Shown piece by piece: positions 42,657 to 52,909 of a DNA stretch of 64,000 nucleotides. The notes below the pieces were generated by a model, which was not told the DNA's origin, did not search any database, and saw only the letters and a program-made list of their open reading frames with translations. The DNA is from Naegleria gruberi (lineage: Eukaryota). Both the position numbers and the translations under genes were made by a program. Within the stretch, counting starts at the first letter, position 1, and each line of letters opens with the position of its first letter. Location: assembly GCA_000004985.1 (NCBI GenBank), contig GG738887.1. One strand, 5' to 3'.

Positions 42657-42812
42657 TCCTGTTTTATAACAATCTTTAGGTCCTACAAAACTAATGATAA
42701 TTTTTTCGTCCATTTCGTTATCGGAAAGTACTGCAGTTCTGGCAACCTCATGAAGTTTATCCTTCATCCCTTGAGAAACTGCCATTATCTGGCTAGGTGA
42801 ATATTTAGACAT
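42657..42812 (-). CDS. Conserved hypothetical protein, exon 1 (start at 42812)
   Basis: The ATG follows A7. The exon ends ..ACA GGA then a GTATGT donor. Confidence 0.5.
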
Positions 42813-42990
42813 TTTTTTGATGATTGTTGATATCATTGACAGTATGAAAATCTGAAATCTTGCCGTAAATTTTAAGTCATAAAAAAGCCTCAAGACATCT
42901 ACGGAAATCAAAACCACTTATTACAATGGAATTTTTGAACGTGTGCTGCAATTTTGAAAAAGAATTATTATTACACCTAACTTTAAAAAA

Positions 42991-44391
42991 ATGGCACAAC
43001 TTGAATCTAGCTCTTTCAATGCTAAATTAATAATAAATGAATTGGATCGTATAAAGGCTGATTATTTGAAGACTTGCTCCGATCATGGTGATTGTATTAT
43101 TAATTCTTCAAATTCCGATTGTTTAAATTCTTCATCACATAAAACTTTGGTTCAATTTATTGGAGAGGAAATGAAATTGAAACATGCTGTCAATGTGACC
43201 GTTCATGGGAAATATCCACAGAGATTAATTTGTTTGCATTATAATCAAACGAGAGCAAATTTTGAAAATTCATTGACTAGGGCATGTCGTGGAGTAATTG
43301 TAGATTTGGAAGAGATGAGGATTGTTCATATGCCTTTTTCAAAGTTTTTCAATTTTAATGAACCAATGGCTAAGAGAGATTCAGAAATTATTTCAGAACA
43401 TTTCGATCATGTTAAAATTTATGAGAAATTCGATGGATCAATTGTGAATTTTTACTTTTTTGATGGAGAATGGAGGGTGGCTTCATCATCAACTCCTGAT
43501 GGAAGTGCCAAGATGGGATTTTATTCAGTTTCAAAGGATAAAGAGGAAAATGAAAAACATAGACAGGAATCAAAGACTTTTGTATTTGCTGATTTGGTGT
43601 GGAATGCTTTTAATGACCTCGGTTTCAAAATACCACCAACAGAATTTGAGGGAAAATATTCATTTACATTTGAATTATTAACTCAAAAACATCCATTAGT
43701 TGTACAACATCCAGAACAGGATAATTTAATTTTACATGGTGTGAGATGCTTGGAAACATTTTCAGAAAAATCAATTGAACCATTTGCTCAACAATTCAAT
43801 TGGAAATACGCAACATGCGTTAAGGAAAAATTCGGATTCAAATCATTGGAAGATGTTTCCAAGATGGCTGATGAAAGAAATGCCTATGAACACGAAGGGT
43901 TTGTCGTTTGTTATGAAACTCCAGATAACAACGGGTCTGAATCAGTTGATTTCATTAGAGTGAAGATTAAAAATTCTGAATATGTGAAAATTTCACTCAC
44001 CTTATTCGATTCCGTGGAAAAAAGAGAAAACTCCTTTATAGAAATTATTAAGAAGAATGAATCTAGTGAATTTTTAGCTTATTTCCCTCAATTCGAATCG
44101 GCTTTCCACAGATTAAAGTTAGAATATAACTCCATAGTGGAAAAGTTGAACAATGTTAGAGGGAAAATAGAGGGAATAGTTGAGGAACTTGTAAAACAGG
44201 AAACTGACACTATCAGTGTCACAAGGATGAAAGCTCTTCAATCCATTGCCATTCAACAAGCCAAAGATGAACTCAAATTCTCCAAAACGATTGCAGATAT
44301 AATGTTTGGATTATGTTCTGATAGACAACTCATGGTTGAGGATGTTCTCAAATCAATGCCTCTTAAACGATACAAAACTCTCCTTTTCTAA
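42991..44391 (+). CDS. ATP-dependent RNA ligase, T4 Rnl1-like nucleotidyltransferase
   Basis: The N-terminal motif RACRGVIVD..RIVHMPFSKFFNFNEP compares with RP.EKFFNLNE in Rnl1. Motif I is KFDGS (YEKFDGSIVNFYFF), motif IV is EGFVV (HEGFVVCYE) and motif V is K-x-K (DFIRVKIKNSEY). The gene is a single exon. Confidence 0.6.
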   Translation: MAQLESSSFNAKLIINELDRIKADYLKTCSDHGDCIINSSNSDCLNSSSHKTLVQFIGEEMKLKHAVNVTVHGKYPQRLICLHYNQTRANFENSLTRACRGVIVDLEEMRIVHMPFSKFFNFNEPMAKRDSEIISEHFDHVKIYEKFDGSIVNFYFFDGEWRVASSSTPDGSAKMGFYSVSKDKEENEKHRQESKTFVFADLVWNAFNDLGFKIPPTEFEGKYSFTFELLTQKHPLVVQHPEQDNLILHGVRCLETFSEKSIEPFAQQFNWKYATCVKEKFGFKSLEDVSKMADERNAYEHEGFVVCYETPDNNGSESVDFIRVKIKNSEYVKISLTLFDSVEKRENSFIEIIKKNESSEFLAYFPQFESAFHRLKLEYNSIVEKLNNVRGKIEGIVEELVKQETDTISVTRMKALQSIAIQQAKDELKFSKTIADIMFGLCSDRQLMVEDVLKSMPLKRYKTLLF

Positions 44392-44591
44392 TTTATTCCA
44401 ATATTAATTATGCATAAAATCTAACAATTTACATTTCTTCCATGAATTGACGAGTTCAATTACATCAATTACACATTTTGATTTGTGCTAACGAGGAGAA
44501 GTTGAAATAAGCTTCTCCCTAGATTGTAAAGTTGCTCAACTGCGCCAAAACAATCGCACAATTTCAAAAAAAAAATCAAACTAATTGAATA

Positions 44592-45965
44592 ATGACTACG
44601 TGGCCCGAACATAGAGTGTTCAAAAGGCTTCACGGAGGAGCCTTTGTGTTGCTAGCAATTTATTGTACATTTAAACGAGTGTTTAGTCATGAAGCTTTGG
44701 ATGCCTTTCCGGAACGTGCCACTCGATTGGATATTTGGATGAAGAATATGTTTTTATTGATAATGGCAACATTGATGAGCTATTATTCGATTAAAAGAAT
44801 ACTCTCGGATATATTTGTAAATTTAAAAGGAATTAAGAGACAATTATTATTTATTATTTTAATTTATTTATCATTGGCATTGTATGGACAAGTTTATTCT
44901 AATATGAGTGGAAGAATGAAATCATTTTACTTTAGAATTTTCATAACATATGTTGGTAATTTGTGGCAAATGATAGCCATGCTATTCCTTACATTTTTGC
45001 TAGTGTTTTATGTTCCGATTTACTACATGATGAGGAAATTGAGTGACAATTTTGAGACAATGAAGAAAATTATATTATTTATTTCAGTAACTTTGTGTTT
45101 GTTTGGACTTTATCATACTTTGAGTCCAAGAGTTGTAATGGAACATTCAGTGAACGTTTCAAAAGGATTGGATCAAAAGAGATACATTAAGATTATTCCT
45201 ATTAGTGATGTACATTTGGGGCATTCAATGAGTGTTAAGGATTTTTCAAATTTGAGTCAGGACATTTTGAATATTGTAAATAGAGATCCAGAAAATACGC
45301 TTGTACTTTTTATGGGAGACTTTTTCACTTTTGAATCAGAATTTAACGTTGCCTTCGAAGATGCAATTTATGAAGGATTGAAACCACTCCAATCCATTCA
45401 CAAGAATGTCTATGTAGCTCTAGGAAATCATGATATAGATCTTCTGGATACTGTTCTTTACCAGCTAAAAAGATTACAAATTACAATTCTTACAGATGAA
45501 AGTTTGGTATTGAAGAAGAAACGAATTCAATTGACAGGTTTCAATTACTTCTTTAAGAATGCTGACATTTTATCTAAACAAGTAGCAAGTAATGCCAAGA
45601 TGGAGAAGGATGTAGATTTAAGACTTTTATTATTACATAATCCTTCTCACTTTAAATATGCTGCTAGTGAATTGAATGACAAGATTCCATCTATTACTTT
45701 TAGTGGACATTTTCACGGTGGACAATTCAGTGCTCGTAATTTCTTCAGATCTCTAAGGATAGGTTTTGTTGAGGCTATTACTGGTCATCCTGACTATGAA
45801 TGGTATGGATTTGATTTTGAATCTGAAACTGTCAAGTCCCTTAGCTCTATTGCTTTGAAACCTTCCAATCCATTACTCTATGTTTGTTCAGGGGCTGGTT
45901 TTTATGGACCTCCTTTACGAATTGGCACATCCTCCGAGTTACCAATTATTCATATCAATTACTAA
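44592..45965 (+). CDS. Transmembrane metallophosphoesterase (TMPPE/YkuE-like calcineurin-fold phosphoesterase)
   Basis: About six N-terminal TM helices precede metallophosphoesterase motifs (ISDVHLG, GDFF, GNHD, GHFHGGQ). Confidence 0.65.
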   Translation: MTTWPEHRVFKRLHGGAFVLLAIYCTFKRVFSHEALDAFPERATRLDIWMKNMFLLIMATLMSYYSIKRILSDIFVNLKGIKRQLLFIILIYLSLALYGQVYSNMSGRMKSFYFRIFITYVGNLWQMIAMLFLTFLLVFYVPIYYMMRKLSDNFETMKKIILFISVTLCLFGLYHTLSPRVVMEHSVNVSKGLDQKRYIKIIPISDVHLGHSMSVKDFSNLSQDILNIVNRDPENTLVLFMGDFFTFESEFNVAFEDAIYEGLKPLQSIHKNVYVALGNHDIDLLDTVLYQLKRLQITILTDESLVLKKKRIQLTGFNYFFKNADILSKQVASNAKMEKDVDLRLLLLHNPSHFKYAASELNDKIPSITFSGHFHGGQFSARNFFRSLRIGFVEAITGHPDYEWYGFDFESETVKSLSSIALKPSNPLLYVCSGAGFYGPPLRIGTSSELPIIHINY

Positions 45966-46196
45966 TAAATTCCATATCTTTTTCAATTTGCTGCTCACAA
46001 AGCATCCAATTAAGTTAAATAATTATTGAGGTGAACATTCCAAATTGCTATTTTTCAATTTTTAAAAAACAAAAAAATTAAACTAGTTTCATCTTCGCTC
46101 TGTTGGTCCTAAAAAATCAAGATTAATAATAGGAAGAACAATAAACAGGAACATTGGACGAAGCAAAAAATTGATACTAGCAGAGATCTGATCATT

Positions 46197-46341
46197 ATGG
46201 AATCATCATCATCGGAAAATTTAAAAAGCAAATGGGAAGTGAATAGGAAAAGTTGTCTCATAACAAGTACTTCTGCGGATGCTCCTCGACTTGAAATTTA
46301 TATAAAGAGGGGAGTTAATTTGGCTTTTAGAGAAAATAATG
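46197..46341 (+). CDS. C2-domain protein kinase, exon 1
   Basis: An ATG opens the exon. It ends ..AAT AAT G then a GTATGT donor, followed by a 99-nt intron. Confidence 0.6.
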
Positions 46342-46440
46342 GTATGTTTAAACGAGTGATGATTTTACTAATAATAATAATTTATAATAATATTAATTAT
46401 TTATTTATACTTCTCATCAATCATCATCATCAATAATTAG

Positions 46441-46565
46441 ATCCATTCCTTGTTGTGTGGTCTCATGCAAGATCGAGTGCAACCTCTGATTATTATACGA
46501 GTAGAAAATTAAAATCAAAGACAGCTAAATCATCAGCTAATCCAGAGTGGAGAGAAGTTTTTGAG
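46441..46565 (+). CDS. C2-domain protein kinase, exon 2 (C2 core)
   Basis: An acceptor ttag is used. The spliced protein reads G|DPFLVVWSHAR..KLKSKTAKSSANPEWREVFE, which is a C2 domain. A GTGAGT donor follows. Confidence 0.65.
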
Positions 46566-46643
46566 GTGAGTTGTTTTGTATTGGTCAATCTAAATAATAT
46601 TATTTAAATTATTATTATTTTGTAATAATTATTAAACTTTTAG

Positions 46644-47039
46644 GTATCTGTTACTTGTGACGACAATAATAATCCACTTGATACAATTTCAATTTATATA
46701 TGGGACAAGGATAATTCTAAATTGGACGATTTCTTGGGATCGGCTGATATTCCACTTTCGACAATTATTAGAGATAGGGAAAATGTAATGAGTCTTCCAT
46801 TGGATGGAGTAGAAAGTGGACAACTTGATATTGTAGTATATCCTCACAATTTCGGAAAGGAAGATTCTTCTAAAATTGAAATTTCTGCATATCTGAACTC
46901 GTCACTCATTCAAAATTTAGGAGGTGGAACTGCTCCATCAATTAAGAATGTTTCAAGTTTTTTAAATACCAAGAAGGATAGTAAATTGAATAATAGATAT
47001 ACCATTATTAGAAACTTGGAAAAGGGTGGTTTTGGAATT
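46644..47039 (+). CDS. C2-domain protein kinase, exon 3 (C2 C-terminal half and kinase Gly-loop)
   Basis: A 78-nt intron precedes this exon. It ends ..LEKGGFGI then a GTAAGT donor. Confidence 0.7.
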
Positions 47040-47083
47040 GTAAGTTTTGGTTTCTTTGGAGCTGGATTTGACATTTTTCAAAG

Positions 47084-47493
47084 GTGTTTGTGGTAAAGGA
47101 TGAGAAAACAGGAGAAGAAAAAGCTTTAAAGAAAATCATGTGTAAAACATTGGAAGACGCCAACAGAGCAATCAAAGAAGCATGGCCATTTAAGAGCTTG
47201 GTTCATGAAAATCTTGTATTATATGAAGATATGTTTTTGGATGTTGAACAAAATATGGGAGAGTTTATATTCTATGTTTGTTATATTATGCCATTCTATA
47301 AACAAGGAGATTTGCATGCTTTATTAGAAGGAAAGCAAAGATCAAAGCCAAAGAAATATTTTAAACCTGTAGTATTAGCAAATTGGATTGTTCAAATAGC
47401 CAAGGGCATTGAATATCTGCATAATTATAAGGTAGTTCACAGAGATTTGAAACATAAGAATATTTTCTTTACCGAGGGATACAAACAGTTAAA
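47084..47493 (+). CDS. C2-domain protein kinase, exon 4 (kinase subdomains II-VIb)
   Basis: A 44-nt intron precedes this exon. It contains VFVVKDEKTGEEKALKKI (the VAIK Lys) and HRDLKHKN (the catalytic loop), followed by a GTAAGT donor. Confidence 0.75.
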
Positions 47494-47540
47494 GTAAGTT
47501 TTCACATAATTATGGAACTAACTGATATCTATTTAAATAG

Positions 47541-47946
47541 GATTGGAGATTTTGGCTTTGCAAAACAAGTAGAAGAAGGAAGAGCTTATACTCAACTTGG
47601 AAGTTCAGGATATATTGCACCAGAAATTCAGACCTCCTCTTCTGGTTATGGGCTTGGTGTAGATATTTGGAGTTTTGCAGTCATGGTCTATGAAATGATT
47701 ACATTGAAAATTGGAAGAGAACAAATCTCTCATGCCATACTGGCTCAATATAACTTTGATGATTATTGGAAGAATAATATTGAAGCTGAGGTCAAGAAAG
47801 CTTATCCTGATCCACAAATACATTCTTTACTTATCAACTTTTTGAGTAAGACACTGCGGATAGATCCTAACGAAAGAGCTAGTGCATCCGAATGTGTGAA
47901 AATGGCTAGAGAACTCAGACAAATGTTTGTTGAAAAGGAAAAATAA
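47541..47946 (+). CDS. C2-domain protein kinase, exon 5 (DFG to C-terminus)
   Basis: A 47-nt intron with acceptor aaatag precedes this exon. It contains KIGDFGFAK, GYIAPE and DIWSFAVMVYEM. Confidence 0.75.
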
Positions 47947-47964
47947 ACTTGTACAATATATTCT

Positions 47965-49671
47965 TTACTTGTCAGTTACTTGCTCCTTTACAAAATCATA
48001 ATTTAACGGGAAGTCCTCATTTGCTTTGAGTTCTTGTTCAAGAGCATTCATAATCGCAAGTACAACATCCTCTCTCCAATAACGACCAGCAACTTGAATG
48101 CAAACTGGTAACCCCTTACTATTCTTAAAGTTTTGATTACAAATCTTAAGTGGGAGTTCATTTGGGTTTTTAGAGAGAGGGCAGGAAATGTGATTTTCTT
48201 CTTGTTCTGATTCTGAAACTCTGGTTATAGGACAAACACCAGCCGGGAGTCCAAGGTAATTGAAAAGATGTACATATGTCATGTTCAAAACAACATCTGG
48301 CACATTCTCATGTTTACAATTGACAGAGCTTGCAGGGCACAAAACAGCATCATATCTTCCCTTATCAAGCAACTCGAAGAATGATCTTCTGAAATCATCT
48401 CTGTTAGCTACATGTCCCCACAATTCTGAAACAGTAATAGGAAGGAAACTATCCATTGATTTGGCTAAAATTGTTTGACCCAACCATGAAACCACAGTTC
48501 CCAACACTCCAACAAACCATTTCGGTAACAAGGATACATATTTGATACTCTTGGCCATTGGTGTTAATTTACTTCCAGCTATTTCCTTTCTATAACAGCT
48601 CATTCCATCTCCCATTAAGAAATGAACATAGCTCCTCCAATTCTCAAATGTTTTCATTTCTTTTGGAAGTTCAATTTCTTCGACGTGAGCTCCAAGTTTT
48701 CTCAATGTTTGAGCTGCCTCATCAAGACCTCTTTTAACTGATTTTGGAACAGTGAGTATTCCATTGTCTTTGAAAAGTGCAATTCTCAACTTGGAAATAT
48801 CAATCTTGTATGGATCTCTCAACTCTACAGGTGGATGCTTGATAGATTCATGTGAAAATCCACTAGAATAATCATCGTATTCATATCTTGTTAAAACTTT
48901 CATGGCAGTAATCAAGTTACTTGTAGATCGTCCCATAGGACCCATTTGTGACATGATAGCTTCCATTCCTCTATACAGCTCAGCATGTCCACTCAATGTT
49001 AATCTTCCACTTGTTGGTTTCAATCCAAATATTCCACAATGTGATGAAGGCAATCTAATAGATCCTCCAATATCTGATCCAATTCCCAATATTGATCCTC
49101 CAGCTCCAATAATTGCTCCTTCTCCACCACTACTTCCACCAGAGGTACGTGTCAAATCGAATGGATTATTGGTTCTTCCATAAACTGGATTATCAGAATC
49201 ATCAGCAGCCAACATTAATGCAACATTTGTCTTTCCCAAAACGATGGCTCCAGCATTCTTTAATCTCTTCACAAGAATTCCATCATCCTGAGCGAGAATA
49301 CCCACTCTACTGCTTAAACCCATTGTACATTGAGTTCCTTTAACATGAATAGACTCTTTAATGGTAACAGGAATTGAAAATAAGGGTTTTTCACAGAGAA
49401 TCTTCTCAATCCATTCACTCATTAAATTTTCATCTTGATCCGTAGGTCTCTCCTCAGATAACCACTTATCCAATTTCAATGCCTCTTCTCTGGCCTCTTC
49501 AAAGAGTGGAATACAAACAGCATTTAAAAGTTTGTTGGTTTTCTCAATTCGTGAGATGAAATATTCAATCAATTTCAGTGATGTTAATTCTCCTCGGAGC
49601 ACTTGACGAGATAATTGTTCAGCAGGAATTTGAAAAATTTGTTTTCTATCATCATCAACATGTTGCGACAT
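47965..49671 (-). CDS. Amidase-signature enzyme, fatty acid amide hydrolase (FAAH)-like
   Basis: The amidase signature GGSSGGEGAIIGAGGSILGIGSDIGGSIRLPSSHCG is present with the Ser-cisSer-Lys triad context. The gene is a single exon. Confidence 0.8.
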   Translation of the reverse strand: MSQHVDDDRKQIFQIPAEQLSRQVLRGELTSLKLIEYFISRIEKTNKLLNAVCIPLFEEAREEALKLDKWLSEERPTDQDENLMSEWIEKILCEKPLFSIPVTIKESIHVKGTQCTMGLSSRVGILAQDDGILVKRLKNAGAIVLGKTNVALMLAADDSDNPVYGRTNNPFDLTRTSGGSSGGEGAIIGAGGSILGIGSDIGGSIRLPSSHCGIFGLKPTSGRLTLSGHAELYRGMEAIMSQMGPMGRSTSNLITAMKVLTRYEYDDYSSGFSHESIKHPPVELRDPYKIDISKLRIALFKDNGILTVPKSVKRGLDEAAQTLRKLGAHVEEIELPKEMKTFENWRSYVHFLMGDGMSCYRKEIAGSKLTPMAKSIKYVSLLPKWFVGVLGTVVSWLGQTILAKSMDSFLPITVSELWGHVANRDDFRRSFFELLDKGRYDAVLCPASSVNCKHENVPDVVLNMTYVHLFNYLGLPAGVCPITRVSESEQEENHISCPLSKNPNELPLKICNQNFKNSKGLPVCIQVAGRYWREDVVLAIMNALEQELKANEDFPLNYDFVKEQVTDK

Positions 49672-49738
49672 TTTTTTTATTTGTATATGCTCATTAAAAC
49701 TTCATCCAACAAATTGATTGATGTCCAAATTAGTCAAA

Positions 49739-49798
49739 TTAAATATTTAAATATTCTTTAATAATTTAAATATTTAACATTTAAATATTTAAAAAAAA
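49739..49798. promoter_or_regulatory. Palindromic AAATATTTAAATATT repeats in the 127-bp bidirectional promoter between the amidase and terpene synthase genes
   Basis: The sequence aaatatttaaatattctttaataatttaaatatttaacatttaaatatttaaa contains four copies of a TTAAATATT core. The 15-mer is its own reverse complement. Confidence 0.3.
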
Positions 49799-50923
49799 AT
49801 GATGAACAAAATATCTATCGCTCATCTTCCCTACTTTTTAATGAAATGTCCTCCTCCGAGAATTCACGATCCAAATCGCCAACTTGCCATAGACCATCTA
49901 ATCCAACAATGCTTAAAACATTCAATAATTTCCTCCCCGAAACATGCTCAATTATTTCGTTCCAAACTCGACCAATACAATCATATTGGATTAATTTATA
50001 ATTGTTATTATCCATCGAATTTAAATTATCAAAATGTTGTTGATGTTGATGATGCTGGAAAGGCTTGCCAACAAGTACAATTGCAACATTTGAAATTTAT
50101 TACCAATTATTTCTTCTTCTTGTTTAGTGTTGATGATCGGATTGATAGTGTTGTGGAGAATGATGATAGGGAGGCGATGGAAAGGAAGAATTGTTTGATT
50201 GATCAGTTGGTTGAGGTTTTGAGGGTTTATAGAAAGTTGGAGGATGGTAAGGTTGAGAGTAAGGATCCACATGTCAATTTCCTGATTCAAATTATGGAGG
50301 ATTTACATTTAATGACTGGAAATCAGGAGACAATTGATAGATTTGTGGGAAATATGGAGGGATTTTTCAATATTGGAGTGAGGGGTAATCAAGAGAATGA
50401 AACACCTGAAAATTATTTGGAGAGGAGAATTTATGATAGTGCCACTTATGCCATGTTGAATGTTTTGGAAATTACTTCGAGTAGAAATGCAGTTGGGTTG
50501 ATTGGGGAGGATTACAATACTGAACTCTTCTCAAAAGCTCACAGATTGTGTGCTATTGTTTTTTCAATGGTTAATGATTTACTTTCCTATCATAAGGATG
50601 TGGTACTGCCATCAGGAGGAAATTTATTGGGATTGGATTCGAATTTATCGTATATTCAGGTATTGTTGAAGAATAATAAGGATCTTTCATTAGAGCAGGC
50701 AACAAATCAATGTTTAGACTATATCCTTGAATCGAAATCTCAATTTGAGGCCATTATGAAATTGTGTGTAGATAATTGTAACGAGAAGCAATTGGATTAT
50801 ATTAGAGGAGTAGAAAAGCTCATGGATGGAATGTGTCTTTGGATGCTCTATTCCAACAGATACAGACACGAGGAGCAAGTTTATGAGGAATTGACAAAAT
50901 TGGTTGATGAGGAAAAATTCTAG
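49799..50923 (+). CDS. Class I terpene synthase (microbial/dictyostelid TPS type)
   Basis: A DDxxD motif (FLFSVDDRIDSV) and an NSE/DTE-like motif (VNDLLSYHKD) are about 140 residues apart, as in class I terpene cyclases. The gene is a single exon. Confidence 0.7.
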   Translation: MMNKISIAHLPYFLMKCPPPRIHDPNRQLAIDHLIQQCLKHSIISSPKHAQLFRSKLDQYNHIGLIYNCYYPSNLNYQNVVDVDDAGKACQQVQLQHLKFITNYFFFLFSVDDRIDSVVENDDREAMERKNCLIDQLVEVLRVYRKLEDGKVESKDPHVNFLIQIMEDLHLMTGNQETIDRFVGNMEGFFNIGVRGNQENETPENYLERRIYDSATYAMLNVLEITSSRNAVGLIGEDYNTELFSKAHRLCAIVFSMVNDLLSYHKDVVLPSGGNLLGLDSNLSYIQVLLKNNKDLSLEQATNQCLDYILESKSQFEAIMKLCVDNCNEKQLDYIRGVEKLMDGMCLWMLYSNRYRHEEQVYEELTKLVDEEKF

Positions 50924-50961
50924 ATTTTGAAATGATAAATTTATATTCACACATTAATTGT

Positions 50962-52812
50962 TTACAAGTATTGAAGATTATGTTGTTGAATCTTATATCT
51001 AGAGAATGTATCCAGGGCAAGGTTTGACTTGACAGCATTGAACAGCTTATCGAACAAATCAAGTTGTCCTACACCTTTAACAATAACACCCATTTCCTTC
51101 TTTACAACATGGCCAGCAAGATTGATTGGAAAGGATGATTTTTCCTCCATTAAGAAGGTCTGAATGATACTCTCTTGTTTGATCATTCTCTCATGAGTAT
51201 GTTTAAATGTCTTGTATTCCAATACTGCATCCAAGAATAACATATTTTCCTCAGATTTTTCAGATTTACAGAATTGTTTAAATCTTTCCTTTTCTTCAGA
51301 GTTTAAGAGTAATCTGTCAAATTCATTGTCCATTGAGAAGAGTGAACTGGATTTAGAAATTGAAGAGCCCAACATTTGTGATGAAATTCTACCAACAAAG
51401 ACAAACATATGTTGATCTCCAGATGACATTTTAGATTTGGTGATATAGGCATCAAAATCAATATTCTTTCTCTTCTTTGTGACACCAGTGAATGGATGTG
51501 ACATGAGATCATCATAACTGGAAATAACTTGACTCAAGCCCTCACCTGCTTTGGCAGCCTCTTTCAATTGAGGGAAGATTTTATCGAGAGGCATCTTGGT
51601 AATTCCTTCAACATCCACAGCACTATAACCAAATCTTTCATAGAATGCAGTGTTTGCATGTGAAATAAAACCATCAGGTGTAACTGTCAAGACAATATCC
51701 TTAATACTATTCATAATGGAGGTTGTTCTTTCTTCAGCAACTGAAATTCTTTCTAAAAGCTTTTTCAATAATTCCTGCTCTTGAATTTGTTGCTCCAAGA
51801 GAACATCCAAACTATCCAACATGTAATTAATATTCTTGGAGACAGTTCCTAGCTCATCAGTACCTGTTGTTGAATCTGAAACTGAAACTCTTTGTTTGCT
51901 GTCATTGGATGCTGTAATACGTTGAATTTGAGTGGTGAGTGTTGTGAGACGTGACAAGACTCTTCTCTCAATGAAAAAGATGACAATCATGGAAGCAATG
52001 GCACAAACAACAAGCAATAAACCAATGGCCAACAAGACCGATTGAATTCCCAACAAGTAAACATCTCTTGCAATATCAGTTCTTACAATCATCAACTTGT
52101 TACCATAAATATCATTCACTAATTCTAGAGAGGCAAATCTTTGTTCACTCAACATAGTTCCATTAGTTTTCCAGCATTGTCTCTTTGAAAGAGAATCAGA
52201 AGAGAGAACTTCATAGGCAAAAACATCCAAATTGTCCCAATCAGCAGAAGTTTGATAAACATAAGTTCCATTCACTGAGCTCACTTGTTTAGAATAACTT
52301 GAAACAACTGCATCACTTGTATCCGAAAGTAAATGGAATGAGCAACACAACTGAGCACTATTTGCCAATGCATTAATAAATTTCGAGCTCATAATTCTAC
52401 CAAAAACCAAAACTCCTGAAGTATCTGATTGATCTGTATAATCACTCACAGACAATGGAGATGCAGAAAGCATAACAAGTTGTGAATTGTAATTATAAAA
52501 TCCACCATTTCTAGTATTTGGAGAGTCCATGTTTTTCATCAATGGATGACTTGATGGGAGGTATTGTAAAAACGTTGGAAGTGATGAAATACTTGTAGAA
52601 ATAATTCCAGTTGAGAAATCAATTGATCTTGGAACAGCAACTGTTCCATTCTTGAAATAATAAACAACCCAATTAACTTTAGATGATGTCATGATTGCCT
52701 TTGGAAAGTTTGAATCCATATAATCACTAACTTCATTGACAGTTGCCAAATTATTGGCATATCTCTTGAAAATATCATACGGAACTGTCCAAGCAGAAAA
52801 TGGCAATAAATT
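50962..52812 (-). CDS. Two-pass membrane receptor: Cache-like ectodomain, TM, PAS, RGS domain (3' exon)
   Basis: After the second TM helix (VYLLGIQSVLLAIGLLLVVCAIASMIVIFFI) comes a PAS-like region (IVLTVTPDGFISHANTAFYERFGY). An RGS signature follows (ERFKQFCKSEKSEENMLFLDAVLEYKTF). Confidence 0.6.
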   Translation of the reverse strand, partial: NLLPFSAWTVPYDIFKRYANNLATVNEVSDYMDSNFPKAIMTSSKVNWVVYYFKNGTVAVPRSIDFSTGIISTSISSLPTFLQYLPSSHPLMKNMDSPNTRNGGFYNYNSQLVMLSASPLSVSDYTDQSDTSGVLVFGRIMSSKFINALANSAQLCCSFHLLSDTSDAVVSSYSKQVSSVNGTYVYQTSADWDNLDVFAYEVLSSDSLSKRQCWKTNGTMLSEQRFASLELVNDIYGNKLMIVRTDIARDVYLLGIQSVLLAIGLLLVVCAIASMIVIFFIERRVLSRLTTLTTQIQRITASNDSKQRVSVSDSTTGTDELGTVSKNINYMLDSLDVLLEQQIQEQELLKKLLERISVAEERTTSIMNSIKDIVLTVTPDGFISHANTAFYERFGYSAVDVEGITKMPLDKIFPQLKEAAKAGEGLSQVISSYDDLMSHPFTGVTKKRKNIDFDAYITKSKMSSGDQHMFVFVGRISSQMLGSSISKSSSLFSMDNEFDRLLLNSEEKERFKQFCKSEKSEENMLFLDAVLEYKTFKHTHERMIKQESIIQTFLMEEKSSFPINLAGHVVKKEMGVIVKGVGQLDLFDKLFNAVKSNLALDTFSRYKIQQHNLQYL

Positions 52813-52909
52813 CTACAATTCAATTCATAACAAAAATCAATATAATCCATTAACAATATAATTTAAAAAACAATATAATCATCAAATTACCAAATTTCAA
52901 TCAACCTAC

